Assembly: GCA_965207885.1 (NCBI GenBank)
Contig: OZ242311.1
Coordinates: forward strand, 5,664,001-5,728,000
DNA length: 64,000 nucleotides
Reading direction: 5' to 3'
From: Candidatus Latescibacterota bacterium
GTDB taxonomy: Bacteria > Latescibacterota > UBA2968
Positions 30,326 to 39,507 of this stretch are shown piece by piece. The notes below the pieces were generated by a model that searched no databases, had not been told where the DNA came from, and saw only the letters and a list, made by a program, of their open reading frames with translations. How positions within the stretch are numbered: the first letter of the stretch is position 1; every line of letters starts with the position of its first letter. A program made the position numbers and the translations under genes.

Positions 30326-31456
30326 ATACCTGCTAAGAAGCCACAGTCCAGGAATGCAGATCACCCCAACACGACCGCACCGCTGCGCGTTTGGGCGAGG
30401 CTCCTCTGGGGTCAGGACGGGGTGAAGATTGCGCCCCAGCACCGGGGACGAGTGAGGCAAATTCTCCTTGGCTCGGCCCTGATGGTGCCGCTACGCTTGA
30501 TCGAAAAGATGCGCTACGGGCGCGCCGTGGCTCGGACGAAGATCGCGCATCCACCGATCTTTATCATCGGCCATGCCCGCACGGGCACGACGCACTTGCA
30601 CTATCTCCTGACGCGCGATCCTCAGTTCGCAATCGTCTCGCTGTTCCAATCCATCGCCCCGACATTCTTTCTGATCGGTCGCGGTTGGATCAAGCGTTTC
30701 ATGGCCAAGCAACTCGATCCAAAACGTCCGCAGGATGATGTCAAATTGGCGATGGACATGCCAAACGAGGAAGAATTCGCGATTGCCAATTCCTCTGACC
30801 TATCCATCGTTCACTTCCTTACATTCCCATCCAGGGCGACGGAATACTTTGAAAAATATGTCTTCATGAAGGGGCTGACCGATCGGCAACTGGCGCGCTG
30901 GGATACCGTCATCACGGACATCATTAAAAAAGCCACACTTGCGGGCGGTGGAAAACAGTTGGTACTCAAAAGCCCCTCCAACACCGGCCGAATCCCCCAC
31001 CTCCTGCGCCTTTTCCCCAATGCCAGGTTCGTTCATATCGCAAGAAATCCATGCGATGTCTATTACTCGACAAACCATACATTCAAAAAACTGTTCGAGA
31101 TATTCCCGCTGGAGGAGCATCCGGGCGATTTCTCGGATTTCGTCATCACCGAGTACAAGGCTCTAATGGAACAATACCTGAAAGACAGAGCTTTGATCCC
31201 AGAAGGCAATCTGGCGGAAGTGAAGTACGAGGACCTCATATCCGATCCGTTGGGCGAACTGGAACGCATCTACGCGACACTCGGATTGTCTGGTTGGGAA
31301 AGCGGAGGAAAGCAGGCGGTCGTCGAGTATCTGGGCACACTCTCGGACTACCAAAAAAATACATTCGAGCCGGACCCTGACGCTATGGAGCGCATCTCAC
31401 AAGCCTGGCGGTTTGCTTTCGAAGAATGGAATTATGAACTACCAATAAAGCTATAG
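30326..31456 (+). CDS. PAPS-dependent sulfotransferase; start uncertain
   Basis: PIFIIGHARTGTTHLH (5'-PSB), PNEEE, LKSP, FPNARFVHIARNP (3'-PB), YEDL..DP. Confidence 0.85.
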   Translation: MPAKKPQSRNADHPNTTAPLRVWARLLWGQDGVKIAPQHRGRVRQILLGSALMVPLRLIEKMRYGRAVARTKIAHPPIFIIGHARTGTTHLHYLLTRDPQFAIVSLFQSIAPTFFLIGRGWIKRFMAKQLDPKRPQDDVKLAMDMPNEEEFAIANSSDLSIVHFLTFPSRATEYFEKYVFMKGLTDRQLARWDTVITDIIKKATLAGGGKQLVLKSPSNTGRIPHLLRLFPNARFVHIARNPCDVYYSTNHTFKKLFEIFPLEEHPGDFSDFVITEYKALMEQYLKDRALIPEGNLAEVKYEDLISDPLGELERIYATLGLSGWESGGKQAVVEYLGTLSDYQKNTFEPDPDAMERISQAWRFAFEEWNYELPIKL

Positions 31457-31481
31457 ACCGACCTCAATCTATGTGCCAGTT

Positions 31482-32225
31482 TTAGATGAAATCCCTCGCA
31501 TTAGCCTCCACCATCACCTCAACCGCTGCCAGATGCGCCGCCACGCGCACATCCATCGGCTGTGCTGTCGGGCTTTCTGACGTCACCAGATGCCCTGTAT
31601 GGCCTCTCTGATACAAAGCGATCGGTATGCCCTCCCCGTACTTCCGCCTCGACACCTCCATATTGGGATGAATCACCCCATTGACCGCAACCTCGTCCTC
31701 AATCTCGGACTGTTTGTTAATCGGACACACCTGTGCCACCCGCGCCACCATCTCTCGCCCCAGAGATCCCCGGTCTCCAAACATCTCGTACAAATAAAAA
31801 CCCGGACTCTCCCAATCCTCGTGCAAATCGATCACACCTGCAAAAACCCGTCCTTCCACAAACCCCTTCAAAATCTCAATCTCGGGCACATCATCGCGCA
31901 AAAACGCCCAATTCACATCCACCTCCTGTGCATTGAGCCGCGCATTGTGAACATAGCTCCACGGGCACAAACACGGAATAACCTCAAAACGCACCCGATC
32001 AGCCCAGCGATCCCACTCCCTCTCCAAAAAAGCGAGCGCAGCCTCCACGCCAGCCGGTTCATCGCCGTGCGTCCCCCCATTGATATACACAACAGGCGCG
32101 TCTCCCTTGCCAGCAGACACGCACAAAACCGGCAAACCATCAACCTCCCCCAATATCTGCACATCAACACCAGACACCGCTTCCACGCGCCTGACAACAG
32201 CATCGTAATCCCGTTGAACCATCAC
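31482..32225 (-). CDS. M14/succinylglutamate desuccinylase-family Zn hydrolase
   Basis: GTHGDEPAG, DVNWAF, IDLHED, TSESP. Confidence 0.82.
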   Translation of the reverse strand: MMVQRDYDAVVRRVEAVSGVDVQILGEVDGLPVLCVSAGKGDAPVVYINGGTHGDEPAGVEAALAFLEREWDRWADRVRFEVIPCLCPWSYVHNARLNAQEVDVNWAFLRDDVPEIEILKGFVEGRVFAGVIDLHEDWESPGFYLYEMFGDRGSLGREMVARVAQVCPINKQSEIEDEVAVNGVIHPNMEVSRRKYGEGIPIALYQRGHTGHLVTSESPTAQPMDVRVAAHLAAVEVMVEANARDFI

Positions 32226-33187
32226 ATATCCCGAAGCGCATCAATCACCCGCGCGTGAATCTCACGGGCACTCACCACCACCCCGCGATTGTCCTCCATC
32301 TGAGCAGCAGATACAAAATCCAGCGGCCTGCCAAACATATCGCTCACCTTCCCACCGGCTTCCTCAACAATAAGAGCACCCGCAGCGTGATCCCAGATAT
32401 TCTCGCGATAACCCGGATATTCTGGCGACGGCAACCTCAAATACAACGCCGCATCGCCGCGTGCCACCGCACCGTATTTCACCTGACTATCCATCCTGAG
32501 CGACGGCGATTCAATACCCACCGCCCGAGCCACAGCTTTGTGTGCATCGTGATCACCGTGTGACGACTCCACACTCTCGGCAAACCGCCACGCAGGTTCA
32601 TCAATCCGAACAGCAGCAGCATCTCCACCCGCAAGAAGCATCGCCTGCGTCCCCTCTCCTCGCACCGCCACAAATAACACCCCACAATCACCCTCTACCT
32701 CCTCCATATCCACAGGCAGAGCCGGACACGCCAGCGCGGCAACCTTCACCTCACCGCAATCGATAAGAGCTAGAGCCACCGCGTATTGATCCCCGCGCAA
32801 AAAACCCTTTGTACCATCAATGGGATCGAGTGTCCAGAAACGCTCTGCAACATCCCCATTACCCGCATCAATCCAATCGCAAATTGTACCCTCATCCGCC
32901 TGTGCATACGCCCGAACAAACTCGCACACAGTCTTCCGCATCGCCGTTTGCTCTCCACCCCGAAGCACCGACGCATCTTCCTCCGCCACAATCGGATCAT
33001 TGGGAAAAACCGACTTTAATCGTCTGCACACAAGCGCCTGCGAGCCAAAATCCGCAACCGTCACCGGACTGCGATCCTCCTTCTCCATCGCCCCAACAAG
33101 TGATTTTCGCACATCCACACAAAGCCGAGCCGCCTCGCGCACAGCCTCAACAGCGACCTCGCGCTCCCGATCATATCCCATAAACAC
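32222..33187 (-). CDS. 3'(2'),5'-bisphosphate nucleotidase (HAL2-type PAP phosphatase)
   Basis: KEDRSPVTVADFGSQ, AEE, DPIDGTKGFLRGDQYAVAL, DSQVKY, ENIWDHAAG. Confidence 0.9.
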   Translation of the reverse strand: MFMGYDREREVAVEAVREAARLCVDVRKSLVGAMEKEDRSPVTVADFGSQALVCRRLKSVFPNDPIVAEEDASVLRGGEQTAMRKTVCEFVRAYAQADEGTICDWIDAGNGDVAERFWTLDPIDGTKGFLRGDQYAVALALIDCGEVKVAALACPALPVDMEEVEGDCGVLFVAVRGEGTQAMLLAGGDAAAVRIDEPAWRFAESVESSHGDHDAHKAVARAVGIESPSLRMDSQVKYGAVARGDAALYLRLPSPEYPGYRENIWDHAAGALIVEEAGGKVSDMFGRPLDFVSAAQMEDNRGVVVSAREIHARVIDALRDM

Positions 33188-33189
33188 CC

Positions 33190-34089
33190 CTATTTCTTTT
33201 GTGCACCAAAATGATCCATCTCGCCGCGATCAATCCAACCCGGCAATCTAATCTTCTCCGACATCTTCCACGCCGTCAAATAAAGTGAAACCGTAAAACC
33301 CGCAGCCCTCTTTGCATGCTTCTCTGCAAAAGCGCGCACCGCAGGCTCATTCTTCCAATCCACATCTTTTGGAACGAGATACTGCTCCATAGACAACGCA
33401 GACTCAACCTCTCCGTAACTCTCGTGCATCTGTGCCACAATACCCGTCATCAAACTATCCACGGGCGCGGCAGTCAAACCCTCGGCAATCTCTTCGGGTC
33501 TCAAATCCAAATTCTGAAGCAACCCATCAATCTTCTCGTGAATACGCGTCCTCGACGACTTGCCATCTACCACGCGACCATTCCAATGAATCGTCAAATT
33601 CAGAGGCTGACAAACCTCCTGAGCAAAATGCGCCACATACCCGGCGTATATCAAACACTTATTCTGAATATGTGGATTATCGGGCCACTTGCGAAACTCT
33701 GCAAAAGAAAGAGCGAGTTGCCCGGTATATTCCGCTGTCACGTACGGCAACAACCCCACCTGCTCTGGCTTCTTCCCCAACTCTGCACATAGCCTTGCAA
33801 ACGCGTACCGCGACGCGGGCAAATCCGCCACCTCAAACAACTCCATATTAAAATAATGAACCGGATGACCAGCCTTCTCCAGATGAAGCGTACCGCGATT
33901 CTTCGCAACATCCGGATCAACCGCCGCATGAGCCACCATACCTGCGCCAGCCCTGAGAAAAGCAGGCGCATCTGCCGGAAGAGCCTGAACAGCCGCCCAT
34001 GTCAAAATGCCGTGCCCTCGCGGCCACCAGCCCCAGGCGGACGACCCGAATACAAACAGTACCAATAAAACCATACCCAATCGACGCAT
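33190..34089 (-). CDS. Secreted S1/P1 nuclease / Zn-phospholipase C-like protein with altered ligands
   Basis: Signal peptide then WWPRGH; DPD; HFAQEVCQPLN; IHEKID. Confidence 0.7.
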   Translation of the reverse strand: MRRLGMVLLVLFVFGSSAWGWWPRGHGILTWAAVQALPADAPAFLRAGAGMVAHAAVDPDVAKNRGTLHLEKAGHPVHYFNMELFEVADLPASRYAFARLCAELGKKPEQVGLLPYVTAEYTGQLALSFAEFRKWPDNPHIQNKCLIYAGYVAHFAQEVCQPLNLTIHWNGRVVDGKSSRTRIHEKIDGLLQNLDLRPEEIAEGLTAAPVDSLMTGIVAQMHESYGEVESALSMEQYLVPKDVDWKNEPAVRAFAEKHAKRAAGFTVSLYLTAWKMSEKIRLPGWIDRGEMDHFGAQKK

Positions 34090-34108
34090 CGATAATCTCC
34101 TTTCTTTT

Positions 34109-35002
34109 CTACTCCCCGTCCCAAACCTCTCGCTTCACATAATCTGCAATCTCCAAACGCTCGGACAATCGCCAGGCAGTCAAATAAAGCCGCGCGGTAA
34201 ACCGCGTCGCAGCGCGGGCGCGATCTTTTGCAAAAGCGATCACCTCGGCATTCGGTACCCAATTCTCCTCATCATATCTGGGAATATTCGGTCCCATTTC
34301 ATAAACCCGGTCAACCAGTGCAAACCCCTCCTCAAACTCCCGCATAATCTCAGACATCGTGTTTTCAAAAGGCGTCACATCCTGATTGCGCGACAAATCC
34401 CCTGGCTCCATCTTCAAAAACTGCACCAGGCCATCCACCTTCAGGTGAATACCCCTCTGCAACTTTTCGCCCCCCTCCTGCACGCGTCCATCATAGTGAA
34501 TCGTCAAATGCAAAGGCTGGCACATATCCTCGGCATAGTGCGCGAGAAAACCCGCATAAATCAGGCACTTACTCTGAATATGCGGATTATCGGGCCACTT
34601 GCGAAACTCAGCAAAAGCCACCGCCAGCCGCTCTGTCCACTCATTCACCGCATAAGGCACAAAACCCATCTTCTCGGGCGACACCCCATGCTCATAACAC
34701 AACTTCACAAACGCATAGCGACTCTCGGGCAACGCCTCCACATCGAGCATCTCGCGATCCAAAAAATGCTCTGGATACTCTGCGCCTCGCACCTGCGGCG
34801 TACCCCGGTTCTTACCCATATCGGGATCAATACTCAAATGCGCCACCGTCTTTGCCCCCTGCCTGAAAAACGCGGGAACCTCATCAGGCAAAGCCGCCAC
34901 AGCGGACAAAGTCAGAATATGATGCCCCTCCAGCAACCAGCCTCGAGCAGGAGAACACACCCCTGCGAGGAGTAAAACGGCAATAGCAAATCGTTTGATC
35001 AT
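34109..35002 (-). CDS. Secreted S1/P1 nuclease / Zn-phospholipase C-like protein
   Basis: Signal peptide then WLLEGH; DPD; HF.D; HYAEDMCQPLH; IHLKVD, the complete W/H/D Zn-ligand pattern. Confidence 0.75.
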   Translation of the reverse strand: MIKRFAIAVLLLAGVCSPARGWLLEGHHILTLSAVAALPDEVPAFFRQGAKTVAHLSIDPDMGKNRGTPQVRGAEYPEHFLDREMLDVEALPESRYAFVKLCYEHGVSPEKMGFVPYAVNEWTERLAVAFAEFRKWPDNPHIQSKCLIYAGFLAHYAEDMCQPLHLTIHYDGRVQEGGEKLQRGIHLKVDGLVQFLKMEPGDLSRNQDVTPFENTMSEIMREFEEGFALVDRVYEMGPNIPRYDEENWVPNAEVIAFAKDRARAATRFTARLYLTAWRLSERLEIADYVKREVWDGE

Positions 35003-35025
35003 TAATACCTCCTGGAGTCACACAT

Positions 35026-35064
35026 AAAGAAAGACAGCGGAGAAACTCAGAAAGTTTCTCCGCT
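35026..35064 (-). terminator. Terminator downstream of tRNA-Sec
   Basis: AGCGGAGAAACT/AGTTTCTCCGCT 12-bp stem followed by GTCTTTCTTT on the - strand. Confidence 0.75.
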
Positions 35065-35072
35065 ATCAAAAA

Positions 35073-35170
35073 TGGCGGGAATGTGTGGGAATCGAACCCA
35101 CCAAGCGTGGGGTTAGCACGCAACAACGGGTTTGAAGCCCGCGGGGGACACCAGTTCCCCATCCACTCCC
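35073..35170 (-). tRNA. selC: tRNA-Sec (anticodon UCA)
   Basis: GGGAGTGG...GCGGG-CTTCAAA-CCCGT anticodon arm, long variable arm (GCGTG/CACGC), GTGGG-TTCGATT-CCCAC T arm, ends ACATTCCC-G-CCA; 98 nt; adjacent to selD. Confidence 0.96.
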
Positions 35171-35172
35171 AA

Positions 35173-36216
35173 TCACGCTCGTACCTCAATCTCACCGGGA
35201 TGTTCTGCAACCACCTCGCCAATATCTCGAGCCATCACACCGCGCTCAATTAATGCCCCAAGAAAAGCATCAGCCACATCGGGCGCAAGTGCAATTAACA
35301 GGCCACCAGAAGTCTGCGGATCAAAAAACAAACGCCTCAAAGCCTCATCAACATCATCGGCAAATCTCACCGCATGCCCTCGCGCCGCCCGATTGCGCCG
35401 CAAACCACCGCCCTCGCGCCCCTCTGCAATCTGCAAAGCCAGATCAAAACGCGGCACATCAGAAGCCCGAATGCAAAACCCGACGCCACTCGCCTGCGCC
35501 ATCTCCAACCCGTGACCGAGCAACCCAAACCCCGTAATATCCGTACACCCATGCGCTTTATATGCAACCATCTCCTCAGCTGCAATGCGATTCAACTGCA
35601 CCATAGAATCTACGGCAATCTGCAAAGCATCTTCATCGATCTCGCCATTTTGATAGGCATCCGACATCAAACCCGTACCCAGCGGCTTGGTCAAAATGAG
35701 ACGATCGCCCACCCGGGCACCTGCATTGGTCTTCACATCATCTGGATGCACAACCCCCGTCACAGACAACCCGAACTTGGGCTCCACATCCTCCACAGAA
35801 TGTCCACCCACCAAAACCGCGCCAGACTCTGCCACCTTCTCCTGTGCCCCTCTTAAAACCTCGGCAATCACCTCTGGGGCGACATCATCACTCGGAAACC
35901 CGCAAATATTCAGCGCAGTAATCGGGCGCCCCCCCATCGCATACACATCGCTCAGCGAATTGGCTGCCGCAATCTGTCCATACGCATTCGGATCATCGAC
36001 AATAGGCGTAAAAAAATCCACCGTCTGAATAAGCGCCACATCCTCAGAAATCCGAAACACCCCGGCATCATCAGCCGTATTCATCCCCACCATCAAATCG
36101 GGATGCGCCACAGGCGACAACTTTTTTAAAATCACATCCAGCACCGCTGGATCGAGTTTCGATGCTCAACCACCGCAACTGACGAGCTGCGTCAATCTTT
36201 TAGCGCGATACTTCAT
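35173..36216 (-). CDS. selD: Selenide, water dikinase (selenophosphate synthetase), selenocysteine-containing
   Basis: MKYRAKRLTQLVSCGG-UGA(36168-36166)-ASKLDPAVLDVIL continues in frame into the ORF with DDAGV, QTVDFFTP, NSLSDVYAMGG, TDITGFG, DPQTSGGLL; 347 aa. Confidence 0.95.
36136..36152 (-). promoter_or_regulatory. Putative bacterial SECIS hairpin of selD
   Basis: ATCCAGC-GGT-GCTGGAT perfect stem with a G-containing loop, 13 nt after the UGA. Confidence 0.7.
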
Positions 36217-37025
36217 TTTTTCAACTCCTCATCTTCTCTCGCCATCTGTTCCTTTTGCCAGCGATAATCGACCTTGCCATCGTAAAACATCCCGGGGTTC
36301 TCTATCGCCCACAACTGCTTTCGAATCAACCAATTCTTGGGATCCAGAACATACGCGCGCTTTAACTCTGCAATCGCGTCTTCCCGCTTCCCCTGTTTGA
36401 GCAACGCGATAGCGCGCTGAAATTTCGCATCGGCCTCCTGCTCATCCGCAGTCAGTGCGCGGGGTTTCGCACCCTTATCCCCATTGCGCCATGCGCCAGG
36501 AATAGCCCCCGATGTTATCCACTCGACCAGTTCTCCGCGCAGAGTTCCCTTGTCAATATTAACACTACCAACACTGCGGACAAGTCGCCCTTCTTCATCC
36601 ACAAAAATCCCAACCGGCACGAATTTGACATTATACGCTTTGCCAATCGCATTGTGCTGATCCAGCAATGCGCGATATGTGCCACCGGCCTTTTCAACCC
36701 AGGGTCTGGCAACCTCGGCACCCTGTGCATCCTGGGCAATGACCACCACCTCAACCTGTTCACCGTACTCCTGATAAAACGCTTGCCATCCAGGCAACTG
36801 AGCGCGGCACCCTCACCAGGACGCCCACATAAAAAACGCCGTCTTCTTCCCGCGAAAATCACTCGAAGAAATCAGTTCCCCAGTGTACAAATCTGGCAGT
36901 GTAAACACAGGCGGCGCGTGCCCAATACCCAGACCCACAGCAGTGTCATTCGGCACTTCTTCACCAAACAGGGTATGAGCCGCCCCACTCATCACCAGGA
37001 CCAATACAAATACTATTTTTTTCAT
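36213..37025 (-). CDS. ResA/TlpA-like redoxin selenoprotein (WASW-U-GC), signal peptide, C-terminal TPR-like helices
   Basis: ORFs 36813-37025 and 36213-36797 share a frame and are joined by TGA 36815-36813: ...FRGKKTAFFMWASW-U-GCRAQLPGWQAFY...; 270 aa; stop overlaps the selD ATG (ATGA). Confidence 0.9.
36780..36804 (-). promoter_or_regulatory. Putative SECIS hairpin of the redoxin
   Basis: CGC-TCAG-TTGCC-TGGAT-GGCAA-GCG; upper stem starts 15 nt after the UGA. Confidence 0.55.
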
Positions 37026-37103
37026 CTCGTATCCAATCTAACAGAATTTGAACAATGTGCAACACACAAGCCCGTATTCATCTCGTATCCGAACCCGTGA
37101 ACA

Positions 37104-37140
37104 TCAAACCGCTCGGCAATCATCTCACCGAGCGGTTTGA
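37104..37140. terminator. Strong hairpin downstream of msrP (terminator-like)
   Basis: TCAAACCGCTCGG/CCGAGCGGTTTGA 13-bp stem. Confidence 0.6.
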
Positions 37141-37163
37141 CATGCAGCAAGTATTGTATTCCA

Positions 37164-38123
37164 CTAACCGTACAGATGCGCCACATAATCGCCATACCCA
37201 TTGTACATCCGGGTCGGCACGCGATCCATCGTCCCGATCAACCGCTCTGTTGCCTGAGACCAGCGCGGGTGTGGCACATTGGGATTTACATTAGACCAAA
37301 AATCGTACTCAGCAGGTGCCACCTTGTTCCAGAACGTCGGAGGTTGTCGTTTCGTGAACTCGATCTTCACAATGGACTTAATACTCTTATACCCGTATTT
37401 CCACGGCGTGACCAACCGAATGGGTGCCCCGTGCTGTTTGGGCAACGCATGACCGTAAATACCCGTCGTGAGCAACGTCAGTTCATTCGTCGCCTCTTCC
37501 ATTGTCAGCCCCTCAAAATAAGGCCACGGATACCAGGACTGCGTCTTGATACCCGGCGCCTGATCCGGGCGATTGAACGTCACCATCCGCACGTACTTTG
37601 CCGACGACGTGGGCTGCACATAATCGATCAATGCCTTCATTGGAAACCCCGTCCACGGCACCGTCATCGCCCATGCTTCCACGCACCGAAACCGGTACAC
37701 GCGCTCTTCCAGCGCGAACCGCTTGAGCAAATCGTCCAGATCATACGTCCCGGCCTTCTCCACATAACCCGAAATCTCAATCTCCCAGGGGCGCACCTCA
37801 AACTTATCCGTCAACTCGTGAACCTTACCCTTATTCGTGGTAAACTCGTAAAAATTATTGTACCGCGCGGCAACCTTCTCCTCCGTCAATTCCCGCTCCA
37901 CCGTGTACTTTTCATTGCGCTTTGCCGGATACAAACCCGGCAGCGACGGGGGAACTTCCACCTCAAACTCATCTTCTGCCATCGCGCAACCCGCACCAAT
38001 CACCGCACTCGCGCCCGCAACACCTATAGCCTGCATAAAGCGCCGACGATTCAGGTAAATGTCTTCAGGCGTAACCTCACCTTCGGACAACTGCCAGCCT
38101 TTGGGAATATGGATAAAAGCCAT
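37164..38123 (-). CDS. msrP: Protein-methionine-sulfoxide reductase catalytic subunit (Mo, Tat-exported)
   Basis: NRRRFM Tat motif, YNNFYEF, RCVEAW, HGAPIRL..PWKYGYKSIKSI, HPRWSQA. Confidence 0.95.
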   Translation of the reverse strand: MAFIHIPKGWQLSEGEVTPEDIYLNRRRFMQAIGVAGASAVIGAGCAMAEDEFEVEVPPSLPGLYPAKRNEKYTVERELTEEKVAARYNNFYEFTTNKGKVHELTDKFEVRPWEIEISGYVEKAGTYDLDDLLKRFALEERVYRFRCVEAWAMTVPWTGFPMKALIDYVQPTSSAKYVRMVTFNRPDQAPGIKTQSWYPWPYFEGLTMEEATNELTLLTTGIYGHALPKQHGAPIRLVTPWKYGYKSIKSIVKIEFTKRQPPTFWNKVAPAEYDFWSNVNPNVPHPRWSQATERLIGTMDRVPTRMYNGYGDYVAHLYG

Positions 38124-38151
38124 CGCATGCCTCCATTTTTTTTACGGAGAA

Positions 38152-39459
38152 TTACCGCTGATCCATCGCCACATAATCGCGTTTATCTGATCCGGTATAA
38201 ATCTGGCGCGGACGGGCGATCTTCTGTTCGCTATCCCCCAGCATCTCTTTCCACTGCGCCAGCCAGCCGCACGACCGTCCCACTGCAAATAACACCGTCA
38301 TCATCCGCGTGGGCAATCCAATCGCCTGATAAATAATACCCGAATAAAAATCCACATTGGGATACAACTGACGCGAAATAAAATACTCCTCCTGCAGGGC
38401 AATCCGCTCCAACTCCAGCGCAATATCAATCAGGGGATTTTTACCCGTCACCTCAAACACACTATACGCGGTCTCTTTGACAATCGCCGCCCTGGGATCG
38501 TAATTCTTGTAAACCCGATGCCCAAACCCCTGCAACACCACCTCTTTGTTCTCCACCCGTTCGATATAAGCCGGCACCTTATCCACAGAGCCGATCTCAT
38601 TGAGCATATTGAGCACGGCTTCATTCGCGCCCCCGTGTGCCGGACCGTAAAGCGCCGCTGCTGCACCGGCCATAGATGAATACGGATCTGCCCCTCCACT
38701 GGCAATACCCCGCATGATACTGGTAGATAAATTCTGACCGTGATCGGCGTGCAAAATGAGCAACACTTCCAGCGCGCGCTCGAGCACCGGATCAGCCCGG
38801 TACGCCTCCCCCTCTGCCCCAAACAACATATTCAAAAAATTGCCGTAAAACCCCAACCCGGGATCTGACGACACATAAGGCGAGCCAGCACTGCGGCGAT
38901 GCACCGCAGCACCTATGGTCGCAACATTGCCGATCAACCGACAAATATGACGAATCTGTGCCTCTTCGGTTCCAAAATCTCCCTCATCGTCGTAAAAAAC
39001 CGACAGTGCCCCCAGCGCACCCACCAGCATACCCATCGTATGAGACCCTTTGGGAAAACCATCGATAAAAGACAAAATATCGTCTGAAATCACCGTTTGA
39101 GAATTTACCTGCTCGGAAAATCCATCCAATTGATCGCGGCTGGGCAACTCGCCATAAACCAGCAAATAAGCCACTTCGAGATAAGAAGACGCCGCCACCA
39201 ACTGCTCAATGGGATACCCGCGATAGCGCAAAATCCCCTTCGCCCCATCGATATACGTAACCGCACTGCTGCAAGACGCCGTATTGACATACGACGGGTC
39301 GTATCCCAACAGGCCAAAATCATTATCCGAACCCTTGATTTGGTTCAAATCTGCCGAACGCACATGGGCACCGTCCTCAGAATACGTGCCATAAGTAATA
39401 GGTAAATCATACTTTTTATCTGTCCGATTATCAATAACTTTAAGTGAATCCTTGCTCAT
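38152..39459 (-). CDS. gltA: Citrate synthase
   Basis: LRYRGYPIE, HADH, GPAHGGANE, GFGHRVYKNYDPRA, PNVDFYSG, RPRQIY. Confidence 0.95.
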   Translation of the reverse strand: MSKDSLKVIDNRTDKKYDLPITYGTYSEDGAHVRSADLNQIKGSDNDFGLLGYDPSYVNTASCSSAVTYIDGAKGILRYRGYPIEQLVAASSYLEVAYLLVYGELPSRDQLDGFSEQVNSQTVISDDILSFIDGFPKGSHTMGMLVGALGALSVFYDDEGDFGTEEAQIRHICRLIGNVATIGAAVHRRSAGSPYVSSDPGLGFYGNFLNMLFGAEGEAYRADPVLERALEVLLILHADHGQNLSTSIMRGIASGGADPYSSMAGAAAALYGPAHGGANEAVLNMLNEIGSVDKVPAYIERVENKEVVLQGFGHRVYKNYDPRAAIVKETAYSVFEVTGKNPLIDIALELERIALQEEYFISRQLYPNVDFYSGIIYQAIGLPTRMMTVLFAVGRSCGWLAQWKEMLGDSEQKIARPRQIYTGSDKRDYVAMDQR

Positions 39460-39507
39460 CACAAGCCCCTTTCTCATAATCCACCCATTTGGAGGAGAAT
39501 TGTTCTG

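Noticed and set aside
35073-35170. tRNA-Sec as an integration site for an island
   Set aside because: No duplicated tRNA 3' end and no integrase noticed in the window
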